From: Asterias rubens
Lineage: Eukaryota
Length of the DNA: 64,000 bases
Direction: 5' to 3'
Assembly: GCF_902459465.1 (NCBI RefSeq)
Contig: NC_047074.1
Location: 806,001 to 870,000 of the forward strand
The number at the start of each line of letters is the position of its first letter. Within the stretch, counting starts at the first letter, position 1. The position numbers and the translations under genes are program-made. The notes beneath the pieces were generated by a model, which saw only the letters and a program-made list of their open reading frames with translations, made no database searches and was not told where the DNA came from. Shown here one piece after another: positions 52,654 to 64,000 of the stretch.

Positions 52654-52878
52654 CTACTGTAGCACAGTAATAATATTCCAAAAAGGATAACGCGTCGACT
52701 CCAGCTCCGTCAATGACAATTTGTTTAAATAGTTTAAACAAGGGATCACTTGTTTAGCGATACATTTCAGTTGATTAAGACACTGATGGTGGTATTTGTG
52801 GAGCTTTCCTGTGTCCATGCACTTAAGAGTCTCATAATAGGCGTTGTACACAAATTTACATGTGGAGCACCCGAGTCT
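52654..52878 (-). mobile_element. Decayed L2/CR1-group LINE ORF2 C-terminal remnant
   Basis: Open frame RLGCSTCKFVYNAYYETLKCMDTGKLHKYHHQCLNQLKCIAKQVIPCLNYLNKLSLTELESTRY. By eye this follows the post-RT pattern 'KLG....L..VY..Y.RP.LEY...WH......QLE.IQKR......Y...L..L.L..LE.RR'. Confidence 0.5.
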
Positions 52879-53611
52879 TTAGAATTCGCTGTTGGAGTCC
52901 TTTTGTTTTTTCTTGTTTGTTTTGTCATTGGTCTTCATAACGTACCAAGAATGAGCACACTGGGTGGTATTTATGTATTTTTATAAATGACAATCGTAGA
53001 GTATAGTATGATCCAACTACACCATCTCATTTCAATCACAAACTGCAAACTTTCCAGCCAAGATTAAGAAATACTTGTAGTAAGAGACAGATAATAGTGT
53101 GTAAAGAATCGCGAAGTCGCAGTAACTCAAGACGTCGCCTTAGGCTAAACTCATAGCAGATAATTTTTCAGCCACAGAATTTAAAAACATTTCTAGAATT
53201 GTTTTACCGCAGCTGTATCATTCGTCATTGTCTCTTAAAGTAAATAATTTTTGAATTAATGCATACACAATTTACTTATTGGCCACACATTTCCAGGTTG
53301 TTCAATGAAGAAAAACACCAATCTTTCACGGAAACTGCAGTGAACCAAGCCGGAATGTTGAGGATAAACCATGTTTTGAAAGATTGACAACAAGTCTTTA
53401 GTTGCCGAGAAAACCGGGAAAATATCCCATAAAAAGAATGTCAAATCCGGGTATCGTTCTGGTTCACTCCACTGAAATGATCCACAGGTCATTAACTCCT
53501 TGTTTTAGTAGGCATTTTAATGATATATCCGTCAAGGGAACTCGGCAAACTCCCACAAGGTAGAGAATATAAAACACCAGGCTGGCAACAGCCAATCTCT
53601 CTCATACAAAC

Positions 53612-53786
53612 TTTGGTTAAAACGTCTGTGATTATGAATTGCACAAAAATCAAGAAGTTGTGATTCAGTAATTAGCTGACAATATTTATTCTAGTCATTG
53701 TGAAAGCAGCGGGCAGCTTGGTGGGGTTCGAATCTACAACCTTGTGATTGCAGTCCTGCAGTCTAAATACTGGATCACGGTGTCAC
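53612..53786 (-). mobile_element. tRNA-derived SINE, family A (second copy)
   Basis: The reverse complement GTGATCCAGTATTTAGACTGCAGGACTGCAATCACAAGGTTGTAGATTCGAACCCCACCAAG...ACAATGACTAGAATA...TTACTGAATCA aligns with 2150-2327. Confidence 0.7.
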
Positions 53787-55668
53787 AAATTGTATCCTCT
53801 CTGGCCTATTGTTTAGAATGAAGAAATCCGAAAGTGGTGTATTGAGGCCTGGTAAACTTGAGAACGTAGTCCTCACAAGATAATTCCATTTCCCGCTCAT
53901 GAGAGCTTTCAGGGAGATCGCATTGAAGAGTTAAAATCCACTCATGGCGAAGATTGAATCATCCCGTGGAGATTTGTTGATTCCATGACAGGTTTGGACG
54001 AATCAGTCACATAAAGCTGACGAAACAATTTGGCACTGAAGACAGAGTAGTAATCCTTGGTGAACCGTCCGTTCCTTTTGATGAACCACCCTTTCCTCCA
54101 CAACTCACTTGCGAGCAAGGACACACAACCAAACCTACTTCCATTACTCACACAGTCATTTGTGAATGAGAAAAAAACTGTGAAGATTTACACAGCCGAC
54201 GAAACCAGCGTTGATTCTGCCCGTCGGCTCCCTTAAGAAACTCTTTCATCCACAGAACAAGAGAAACTGTCTGGATTGCGTTCAGATTTGCCTGAATTGC
54301 GGCAAAAGCAGATGGCGTTCGTGTCCACAGAAAGAAGCGCCTTTTCATCGCCCTTCAATAGCCAAGTCATGTAACAAAAGTACAGAATATATGAATTGCT
54401 GGCTATTTCTAAAGAAGCAATGGCACACAAGATGAAGTAGTGTTGTGTGCATCAAAAGCGCGCGATTGTTATTAAATGAAAATGTTTTTTATTTATATTC
54501 ACGACATCGCGTGTATATTCAGTCCAGTCTTTTTTCGTAGAGCGGTTTATTCTGAATCAAACTCCTAGCTTGTTGAGAGATATACTTTATTGTGTCATTT
54601 CCCAAGTGATGGTGTATTAATAGGTATCGTGTTGCAGGTATGCAATTGACTCCTAGATATGTAATCTCACCAATGCCACGATGAAATAACACGCAACTAT
54701 TGTAAACAGCCTTTTCAAACAAAAATCCCAACCTCGCGGTGCTTTTCAAAAGACCCCAAACGGTTGTCATGGTTTTTTGCGCTGTCCTTCTAAGTGTCGG
54801 AGTTACTACGTGCAGTGTATAATGGCGGCTTGTAAAGATATCACCCTGCGAGGGAAAGCTTCAAAAGAGAGCCTATAGAATTGAGATGAATGGAGGAAAA
54901 TGTCAAATTGGGTTATTATTGAATGGACCAGTGAAATACTCACCTATTCATTCGATATACGTACAGACTGGCACCCTGTGTTCTTCCAATTGTGTTTGCT
55001 GTGGAACTTCATTACTGGAAGCAATTACTGCCATTCAGTGCACCGTCTCTTTTTTATCTTTTATGCTGCGGCAGAAAATATCAATTGTTGGTGGAAAATG
55101 GCACCTAGCAACCGCTTATTAAAAACCGGTTTGTGCTAGTATACTTCTTTATGTCGTGTATACGCGTTGAAGGGAAATTTAATATGGTTGGCTTCGGCAC
55201 ACGGAAGTCTGTGAATTGAAGAATGATACATGTATCTATTTCGCCAATAAAGCTATTGAAAGATGTTTTGGTTTCGGTGAGAATAAGACGTAGTTTTAAT
55301 ACTTCAAACCAAATGAACACAAATCTGCTAAATCCAAAATAAATCAGTAATAATTTTGTTTTTCATATGATCGAGGAATACCAAGTCTGAGAAACTGTCA
55401 CAAAGCATTCGCTTTAAGAGGTGGGCGGGGGGGGGGGTATTCTGGAAACTGAAACGTATTGTTTTAGATTTTACACCAACTATCTGATTTTATCGGCCAA
55501 AATACGTAGTGTTATATTAAACAATACAGTGACGCATTTGCACTGATTACTTGGTAGAAAATACAAATGTTGGAGTCTATTTTTGAGACTCAGCGTCTTT
55601 GCTTTTTGCGAAATTATCGTAAGACAAACTAGCAAGATATCATTTGAGTATTTTCGAGTAGAGAATTA

Positions 55669-55859
55669 AGCCCGGTTCATACTTCATGCGAACGAGAATG
55701 CGAAGCGAATTTGACGTGAATTTGACGTCACATCCTCCTTTCGCAGCGATTATTCGCAAGGGAGTAGAGCAGAGGGCAACTGCTGCGAATTGTTCGTTGC
55801 GAATTTGTGACGTCAAGATTCGCTTCACATTCGCATTCGCAGGAAGTATGAACCGGGCT
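55669..55859. mobile_element. PIF/Harbinger-type MITE (TTA TSD)
   Basis: TTA(55666-55668)-AGCCCGGTTCATACTTC ... GAAGTATGAACCGGGCT-TTA(55860-55862). Imperfect inverted symmetry extends more than 40 bp, with repeated TGCGAA/TTCGCA motifs. Confidence 0.85.
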
Positions 55860-56120
55860 TTAGGCGTAAAGTGGGCGTTGTTTACAATGGAATGACGTCA
55901 CACTTATATTTAAATAGCTCATGTCGTACGCAAATTTATCTGTAAACACATAACAACTTAATTACTGTGATTTGGCCTTTGAAGTTCAAGATACTTTCCA
56001 CTTGTGAATGCTTTTCAAAAGGGGAGGGAAAACTAAACAAATAAGTTCGATCTTGATCCGACGGTTCGATCCATGTGTTGTGGTTGTTCGTGATACGCTA
56101 AATAGGGCCTATAGCTCTGC

Positions 56121-56166
56121 AGATTTTCCGCAACTCAAAGTTTCAACTTTGAGTTGCGGAAAATCT
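56121..56166. repeat. Perfect 22-bp palindrome with a 2-nt (TC) spacer
   Basis: AGATTTTCCGCAACTCAAAGTT-TC-AACTTTGAGTTGCGGAAAATCT. Confidence 0.95.
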
Positions 56167-56495
56167 ACACTTTAAAAAATGCTATAAAAGTGCGACCGTC
56201 CGTTGCAGCCAACAGAGGGCGCGTTTATCAGGACCGTTAGTTCCACGGTCCACTTCTCGTTGCATAATCACCCCACGACATTGACACTACATGTATTAAC
56301 ACCAACGGGGAGGTTACCCCCATTGGGATTTGAAACGGGAGGGGATGTTGGAAGGATTAGTCTAGACTTCACAAAATGTTTTCGGGCACGTCCTTGTTCA
56401 AAACTTCCGCTATGGGAAGATCGAGGTCATGACCTCCGAATAATATAGAAATAATTATTGGGACAATGATGAAAGGGACCTTGGACATTACTTAG

Positions 56496-56523
56496 AGCAT
56501 AGAGTAAGTCCTTACTCTATGCT
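56496..56523. repeat. Perfect 13-bp palindrome with a 2-nt (TC) spacer
   Basis: AGCATAGAGTAAG-TC-CTTACTCTATGCT, directly left of a family K MITE end. Confidence 0.9.
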
Positions 56524-56526
56524 TAG

Positions 56527-56822
56527 AGGCAGTGGACACTTTGGGTAATTACTCAAAATAACTATTAGCATAAAACCTTTCTTGGTGACGAGTAATGGGG
56601 AAAGGTTGATGGTATAAAACATTGTGAGAAACGGCTCCCTCTGAAGTAATATAGTTTTCGAGAAAGAAGAAATTTTCCATGAATTTCATTTCGAGACCTC
56701 AGATTTAGAATTTGAGGTCTCGAAATCAAGCATCTGAAAGCACACAACTACGTGTGACAAGGGTGTTTTTTCTTTCATTAATATCTCGCAACTTCGACGA
56801 CCGATTAAGCTCAAATTTTACA
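56527..56822 (+). mobile_element. Truncated Kolobok-type MITE, family K
   Basis: Starts AGGCAGTGGACACTTTGGGTAATTACTCAAAATA and follows the 40082 copy to GCTCAAATTTTAC. The right TIR is missing. Confidence 0.8.
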
Positions 56823-59800
56823 AAATGTTACAACCTTGCTACAATTAGCAACGTACCCTTGTCAAGGGCCATATAATGAGTTATAATGAGTGACAAGAGT
56901 CTCAATAGTTACTTATTATAGTCTCAAATGTGAAGGTTTTCATAATGAGTTTATAATTAAATATAATGAGTTACTCCCGTGTGCTTTATAATGAGTTATT
57001 GCAAGTGATGGATAAGACGAGTCAGAGCAAAAGGATGTGCATTGAGATTTTGCACTGAACACCATCTGGGGAAAAATATGAAATTATGTAAGTTTTAATT
57101 GATGGTCTTGAAAGAAGATTTAGACTATTGTGCTCTGTTGTCTTCAAACAAATTTAGAGGGCTGTATGTTGTGTAAACAATGTTCTTAAGAACTTAATTT
57201 TGAGTTGATTTAAGTTGCATTAATTTTGAGTTGATTTAAGTTGCATTTGCTATTCCCCACATAAATGGCGTTGTACGCGGTTATGTTAGGAGAGTTTCCT
57301 GAAGTGCAAATACAAACTGATTAAAGTAACTTATAACTTCCTCTACAGCTTGACAAATGACCGGAATGTAAAAGGAAATGTACTGCTGATTAATGAAGCG
57401 CACATGACCTTTAATTACTTCCTTTAGTTTTAACAATGTGGATCTGTGTAAGGAACTAATTTCACAACTTAATTTTAATTCAGGTTGATTAAATGTGTTT
57501 GCAGATGTAAAGATGGGACCAGCTCTCGTGTGCTGTCGTCTTTTTCAAGGAAATGGAATGAGTTTAAGCATAGCAAAGCGATTGTTCGATGCTTTTGTCG
57601 GTTGCTCGTGCGGTTCGTGGTGACGGCTTGAGGTGGTTGTAAACTGTAGCACTCGTGTCGTAAGAGGGCGCTACACCATAGGCTTGTTTTGGGGTTTACT
57701 TTTAGTTGGGTAATCATTTTGCTAACTAGAAAACAGTAAATAGTCATTACATAATAATTACAGGTACATTGTATATTCACTTGTTTTGGGGGGAGAGTGA
57801 ACTTTGGGAAGAGTGATCGTCAAGTTTTCAACCAATTTGCAGGGCTGCAGTGTGAATACTTCGTCATAAGTTATTGTGTTTTATTAAAATAACACAAATC
57901 GTCTTAGTTTAAATTGTAGGGACGTTGAGCCTACCTTGGATTGTGGGTGCTATCGCGTCAATAGAAATAAGAAACTATGACTTGTTAGGGTTATTTCATG
58001 TTATTATAGTAAGATTACTGGGGTATAACATTCCTTTAGAAAATTTGGTCTTTGTGATTGTTTTCTAACCAAATTTAAAAATAAAAACAATTATTGTAGG
58101 CCTATGTGTCTTTATTTAAATAATGAGATAGAGAGGCCTGGGCAGAACAAAATTGGCCAATCATTTCGGTCGTTCCAAAACAAGCTTGAGAACTCTTTTA
58201 AAAGCTCAAAAACCCACAAACCGCATTTAGCAAAAGTTAAGTACGAGAGATGACGAATCTGAAGGAATGGCCTGCCGTTACCTCAGCACGGGGCACGGCG
58301 CAGTTTCCTCGAAATGCCGCTACTAACTGTCAAAGTCAACTACCTTATGTTGGCAAGACATAACATTGAAAACCCCAACAACCGGATAAATGTGGCCAAC
58401 AGAACAGAAGAAAAGGGTAAATTCTGGGACATGCTTGTGAACTTGTAGTTACATCTGTGGTTGATGCATACACAAGGCCGTGGATACGATACGGTGGCGT
58501 TAGTGTGGTAAGCAACTAAACCACATTTTAATATGCCGTTTCTTTGAAGTATTAACGCACAGTTTAGTACTTCTAGCAACGCTAAATATTGTTTTATTCT
58601 ACCCATGTATTGCCTTTCGATAACAACTGTCAGATATTCTCATCTGCACGAATAATTTAATTATCCATAATATAAGCACAGCACCTTGGATCGGGTTTAT
58701 GGGGCTCTGCAATGGTTGGTCTATTTATGGAGGTATTTCTAAGTCCATGGTTCTATTATTCCCTTTCCTGAAGAATTCATCCGTGTGGTAAAAGTTGAAC
58801 AAAGACAAACTTTTTGGGGTCCAATTTTCCATTGTGTAAAATACATCACAAGGGTAATGCGTAAGCCCTCATTCACGTACAGACTTCAGAGTAACAGAGA
58901 AAACCGCGAAGAATCTAAAAATACATTCTTTGGATAACTTATTTATTATATTTCACTCGCCTTGTGAGGGCGTTTTGGTCACCATTCAGAAATTGTTTTA
59001 CCGCATCGTTGGGATGGGATGTGAATTTAGTAGTTAGTTTGTCATCCTTTTCCCGTGGTTTCTTTTTTTAAAGAAGAAAACATAGTTGTTTTCCCCTCAT
59101 CGTGGCAAGGCAAGTTCAAATTTAATATTTATTCATCGAAAAACGAGTTGTGAGTTGGTGCAATAACTTGTTTTACTAAACAAATATAAGTAACGTTCGG
59201 TTTTGGCACACACCTTTAGAGTTTGCTTTTCTTACCATCAGTCTGTCCTTTCTCTACGCTTACGATCCAATGAACACAATTGATTGACAGGCCAAAAACA
59301 ATACAGAATGATCATCAAATTAGTAGGCCTACATACATAATTAAACATGTACGCCCTAATTGGCTAATTACATCACAAAAAACACACACAACATACAACC
59401 TTAATCATAATCATGTAAACTTTCCCCAATTAATTTTTACCCAATTCATTTTACCAAGCCGATGTTCTTACTGACAACAAAAACCCATACCGTTTACCGC
59501 ACAAAACACGCGGCATCCGAATTTGCTCTGGCGGGCATCAGCTGTGGATTTATTACGCCTTAATTGCACGAGCACTGCTTTTCCTTTCTTTTCGCCACAC
59601 AATCACAAACGAAATTTCCACCCATTCACTGCGGGGTAATTCTATTTCTTGTGTCCCCAAGCAGACTAATGTGCCCCGTGCTCAAAAGGTTTTGAAAACA
59701 AGAAATAAACCAACAATAAGTGTTGATTCAGTAGTCCATTGTGTAGGGTCGAAATAATTCCCGCCTAGTTTTGATCCCGGGTGAGAATTTGATGTGGGTT

Positions 59801-62180
59801 TTTTTCTTTTAAAACGCAGTGCGAAAACTCATGAATAATATGCACCATTTTCCTCTCATCTAAACCCTCGACAAAAACAAGAGATAAGGATAGTGGAGAA
59901 ACAGCCACTTGAAATAAGCTGTCTTTACTTTTGTAATTGCTTTCAGTATTTAGCCAGCTAAATCAGTACATAGTTTCAAAGGGTTTTTCAATAGGACCGA
60001 ATGACCGCTTTTGATGAACCTGCCAGAAACCACCAAGCGCTTTGCACGCGGCATTGAACAGCACTGAGCAGCTAAGAATAGAGCTTACGAGGATAGAGTT
60101 TTCTATTCCTTTTGTTCTCCTATCTAATGAAAGCAACACATGGCTTTTTCTAGAGTTACTTGTGTCTATTGTGCTCCCCCAAATTGGAAATAATTCGGGG
60201 CATTCATAGTCCGGCGACCGCCGAGCGGGTCGTGAATGGGATATCGACGGGGGCTTTTGAAGAGTTATCCCCGGTGCGAAGAGGGAGTGAATGCTCGCTC
60301 TATTCACGACGATTCAGCTTTCAACTAAAGGGTCTGTTCAGTGGTTTTCTCAGCAGTGGTACCCAACAATGGAATGAATAGACGGGAGGACAAAAAGACC
60401 GTGTTCAGATTAGATAGATTGAATAGTAATTAGCATTTCTAAGGAGAATCCGGTGGGCTGCTCCCCGTCCCAACCTACCATCATGGTGTCATTTAAGAAC
60501 ATCTCTGTTCATGATGTTTTTACAGTGTTGGATGCCATTAGACTAAAAGATTAAAATACAGCATTGTCTCAGATTTTTCGTAGCCTATACAGCTTCATTT
60601 TTTTGTGTGAAAACCTCATTTTGAGAACTTTCTTTTCATTATGTATTTACAGTGTTAGATGCCTTAAGTGTATCAGATTTTCTTTTACAGTTTCACTGTT
60701 TTGAAAACCTCTGCTTGAAAATAACTCTTCTTAACCCAAGGGGATTTTTATCAGAAAACCTCAAAAGGATATGTAAATAATATTGTTTATAAACTTATCC
60801 CCCAAGCTAGACTTAAAGCTTAATTCAATTTGAAAAGAAATCATGTATCAATTAAGATTTTTGTTAAATTTGATCGAGTGTACAAAGGTTGGGTTTGGCT
60901 TAGGGTTGGAGGAGGGATAACTTTTTTATGTATACAATGGTGCCTGTCTAAACGGTTTGAATATAGTCGAACAGAAACAAGTTATTTGCGCTAGTCTTGT
61001 TTTGCCTTTCCTTGCAATATTATTTCTTTTCATCTGATGGAGTAGTTGTTGCTACGAAAGCTCATTTATTTTTTAGTGTGTAATTACTTAGTTTGTCAGG
61101 GCTAACTAACACGGTTCTTCTTTTGGTCATCAATTTTGATTTGGAGAAAAGATTCTTCTATGTTTGAAAGTAACTCACCTTTACGTCTTTCAACTTCCCT
61201 TGTCAACTAGATCGGTAGTCGGTTGGACGCCCGAAAATTAGTTGACAAAATGTTGTAAAAAGGTTGAGATGTCCTGTCACAGAATGTACATTTTGATCTT
61301 CAAAGCAATAACACCATTTGGCACACAAGATTTTGAATTATTTTCACCCATTTCTGTGCGAGCTGAAAATACCGTTTAACTGGAGGATTCGAAATGGGGT
61401 AAACATAATCAGTGAATCTTCGTTGACAACATAAAAACAAACTTCTTTAAAAAGAACTGTAGCCTCAACGATCCAGACATGACGTACAAAAAATGCATAT
61501 TTGTTTCAAAATAGAAGTGTTTTTCTGTTTAGTTTGGGTTTCTTATTTTCGCATAGCGACCCAGATACATGTAAATGGTACACTTGCCCATAAAAGACTT
61601 CCTTTAAACATTTCAATATGGATTCTTTGTGCCAGTTTGAATCGGCCAGCGATACAAATCTGGCTTTTCACTCCCGGACAAAAGTGACAAAACACCCCAA
61701 CGAAAAGGGGACTGTGAGAGATTCGAAAGTTTCAGCCGGTGTTTTGTGTCCAAAGTATTTTTCTTCTAGTCCTTGAGAAGGGCTTGTTGTCCACATGGAA
61801 TTTGTCCAACTATGGTCTCTTTTTATTGCTTTGTATTGTGATGTTTTTAAGAGTGGTATGTGGAATGCCACACGTAACAGCTTATAGATTGAGCAACTAT
61901 TTTCAGACGCTTAATGCACTTGTATGTATTTCCTTTTAAAATGTAGAATTGGAACTGCACATGAAGTCAACATTTATTATAAAATTGCAATGATGAGTTG
62001 TGACGATTTGAGTAAGATATATGGCAGAAAAGTTAACATGTATTTGGTTGTCTAGTCATGACTGACAGATGTGTCCTAAACAAATTGATTGGTTTGGGTC
62101 CTTTTGATGTCTGATCGCAAAAAGAAACTATCAATAAATTGTAAACTTGCGGGTAGAACCGTAAATTTCTTTTATGGAAA

Positions 62181-62235
62181 TGTTGTTTCTGGAAAGAGCC
62201 GGTGTGGTATCGACGTTTCGAAGAGTATCAGGAGA
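62181..62235 (-). mobile_element. Short degenerate fragment of the hammerhead-bearing family
   Basis: TGTTGTTTCTGGAAAGAGCCGGTGTGGTATCGACGTTTCGAAGAGTATCAGGAG. Keeps GAAACGTC (minus strand) but has a deletion through stem II and the AGA of the core. Confidence 0.65.
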
Positions 62236-64000
62236 AGCTCTTATGTTTTGAAACTTCCGAACAAGGGAAAGTGTTCGGTAATCGCTCGGCAACAATCTTG
62301 TACCTTGTTAGAAGTATAGCAGTTTTCGATAGTATAAATCATATTGAGAATCATTTCACGATGAAGTCATGTGGTTGTGGAAAAGATAGCAGTTTTGTCC
62401 ACACAAAAGTTTAATCTGGGAAACGTTACTGTCATAAACGTTTCTCAGGTGCATTCCAGTTACGGATTATTCTTCCTGTATGGTGGATTTTTGACGATGT
62501 CTAAAAAACAGTAACACCCTTTGAACTTCAATATAGGAAGATAATTTAATTATTTGGAAGAAACCTGTGAGCGCGTGTTCATATATCTTCGTGAACCACT
62601 GTCGGTAGCTATACTGGGACTATAAAATGCTGCAGCAAATCGTTGGTTGTTTGGTAACAAATTAACACATTTGTAAGAATTTAATACTATCACCTTTAAA
62701 ACAGTGGTACACACCCAACAAAATTATCTTTGGTCTTCTCACTTTGGTGACCAAAGTCAACTGCATGTATGTTTCAATTAAGTAAAAAAACCAACATGGA
62801 ATTAAAAGGAAACACGGGTTGTTTGCAGACGTGTTCATCTTTAACCAGGAAAAAGCGCCAACTCAATTCACAACTTTCTAAGGAAACAAACCCCTTCAGC
62901 TGTCCGCCTATTCATTGACCCACAATGCCTTGACTAATCGTGTCATTGTTTAGGCCTTTACTTTGTGTGCAACAACCAAAAAGAGCTAAACCTAAAAAAC
63001 CTTGAGTTGTCACTTATTCAGTGCTTACTGATGGACAAGAATCACTAAAAGAAACAATCAAATACCGCACTCTCAACAAGCTTCGAAAAGCGCGAACGAT
63101 TGCCTGGGTCCCAACTGCGTCCGATTCACCATTAAATTGTAACATTTTAATTTGAGACTCGGGTTTAATCGCCGCTCCAAGTGGTGTATTTTCACCCTCT
63201 AAACAGTCCCCCTGATATATATTTTTTCTCTCCCTTGTACTTACACTTTGAATCGATCTTCTGTTAGGTGTTTTGGTAGTGGGTTTAGCTTCCGCCCCAT
63301 TGACAACGCGGCCAGTCTGCTGTACAAATCCACCCCGGATTGCTTTTGTCCCCTTTGCAAACTTCAATAGCTTGCCTATTGAGCCAGGCACAATAACCAC
63401 ACCTAACTATTCATGCTGGTCTATTCACAGTGGTTTAGTCTTATTTACTCCAGCCAAGGCCGGGCTATTCATCGTTGAATATATCCTCTAGCGTTTATTA
63501 TCATGCATATTACTAAGTATTAACCCTTCATTGTCCGTGCTTCATTTAAATCCTTTTCAGCAGTGAACAGCTCTTCGCAATCTGCCTTTCATCTATTTAT
63601 TTATGTCATACGTGCCTATTGAGTATCCCCGTGTTTTTTTATTGTGTTGTTATTTTATGCCTATTCGGTTATTTTTCTTTTATATAATTACCGCTCATGG
63701 GGTGAAGTAAAAAAGAAAAGCTTTAAGCGCTCTTAGATTGCATAGCAATGACTTGGCTATTCATGCCTTTTATACTTGTGTTTGGGTTGCTTTTGTGGAG
63801 TGAAGAATAGCGATGGTACACAATGCGTAACAGGCCAAGAAAACAAGTTTTAAGCTTTTTCTTTCTACGAAAGCACCACTGTGGAATGAAGTAATGCCCC
63901 TTTGAATCAGGCTTTATAGAATAGTGCAGCGTCTGTGAAGTAGAAAAGGGAAAGTAAAATGCACCCGCGCTCAAATAATCACAACACACCATTTTATGAC

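Noticed and set aside
61940-61970. TGG AAC TGC (WNC) as a possible Wnt exon 2 end
   Set aside because: In-frame stops lie on both sides and there is no splice donor.
63014-63400. 128-aa minus-strand ORF
   Set aside because: No domain or splice support; the region looks like motif-rich non-coding DNA.

Overview
AT-rich, gene-poor animal genomic DNA. The repeat families resemble ones I recall from asteroid echinoderms (starfish); this is not verified. No complete gene, rRNA, true tRNA or CRISPR array is supported. The window holds many non-autonomous elements: Kolobok-type (TTAA target), Harbinger-type and other MITEs, tRNA-derived SINEs, two decayed LINE 3' ends and several minisatellites. 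It also holds one plausible TATA-driven first coding exon encoding a signal peptide (38110-38222, +). The main finding is at 46050-47284: 14 tandem 75-bp units, each reading on the minus strand as a minimal type I hammerhead ribozyme (UCUC-CUGAAGA-stem II-GAAACGUC/GAGA) plus a small hairpin, enclosed by ~120-bp inverted arms. Degenerate dispersed relatives occur at about 17.5, 33.9, 35.0 and 62.2 kb. This points to a Penelope-like/retrozyme-type family with an unusually small 75-nt unit. The four long ORFs over the array are repeat artefacts. All ribozyme calls are by-eye folds and are untested.
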